The notes beneath the pieces were generated by a model that searched no databases, was not told the origin of the DNA, and was given only the letters and a program-made list of their open reading frames with translations. A stretch of 64,000 nucleotides of DNA from Octopus vulgaris (taxonomy: Eukaryota): contig OX597833.1 of the NCBI GenBank assembly GCA_951406725.2, positions 36,270,001 to 36,334,000 on the forward strand, in the 5' to 3' direction. Every line of letters begins with the position of its first letter. Position 1 is the first letter of the stretch. Shown one piece after another: positions 63,591 to 64,000 of the stretch. Both the position numbers and the translations under genes were made by a program.

Positions 63591-64000
63591 ATATATGTTT
63601 ACAAGTGTATGTATATTTATCACAATATACAAATATAAATATAGATGTGTATATGTACATCTACATCTGTATTTCTCTGTGTACAGCACTGTACAAAAAT
63701 TTGTGTGTATGGCTGCGTGCGCGCGGTTGCATGTATGTGTGTCTGAGAGAGAGGGAGAGAGAGAGAGAGTTAGAAAGAGAGAGAGAAAGAGAGAAAGAGA
63801 AAGAGAGAGACAGGGAGAGCGTGCGAGTGTAATGTAAATGCACTGTTTGAACTTTGGTGCCAGGATCTGAAAGCACGTACGCATTCCCATCCCTCTACAC
63901 ACACGGTCCCAGACTACTGTGGTGTCAATAAGATGCCAAATGTCTGTACAGACTGGGTTATGATCGTGAGATGTGGTGGTGACGGTGATAATGGTGGTGC

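Overview
Repeat-saturated, AT-rich eukaryotic non-coding DNA. The SINE families and extreme microsatellite density suggest an octopus genome (inference). I can support no host protein-coding gene; almost every ORF in the track is a microsatellite translation. The content is three tRNA-derived SINE families (about 30 copies or fragments), a decayed ~3.9 kb Tx1/L1-clade LINE plus a second Tx1 3' fragment, an R4/Dong-type RLE fragment, four Tc1/mariner transposase remnants, Helitron remnants, piggyBac-type ends, and a ~6.9 kb near-identical duplication across a 100-N gap that is probably an assembly artefact. The most notable signal is a set of short (~70-230 bp) elements inserted in (TA)n tracts that carry minimal type-I hammerhead ribozyme folds. 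One family has a recurrent non-canonical core (CUGUYGA). Another is a fold-back with a hammerhead on each strand. Both resemble Penelope-type pseudo-LTR or retrozyme-like elements. Also notable: one SINE tail matches the Tx1 3' UTR, SINEs and LINEs form a head-to-tail train in (TTA)n, and there are perfect 94- and 104-bp palindromes. Family letters (A-H) are my own labels, and most boundaries were read by eye.
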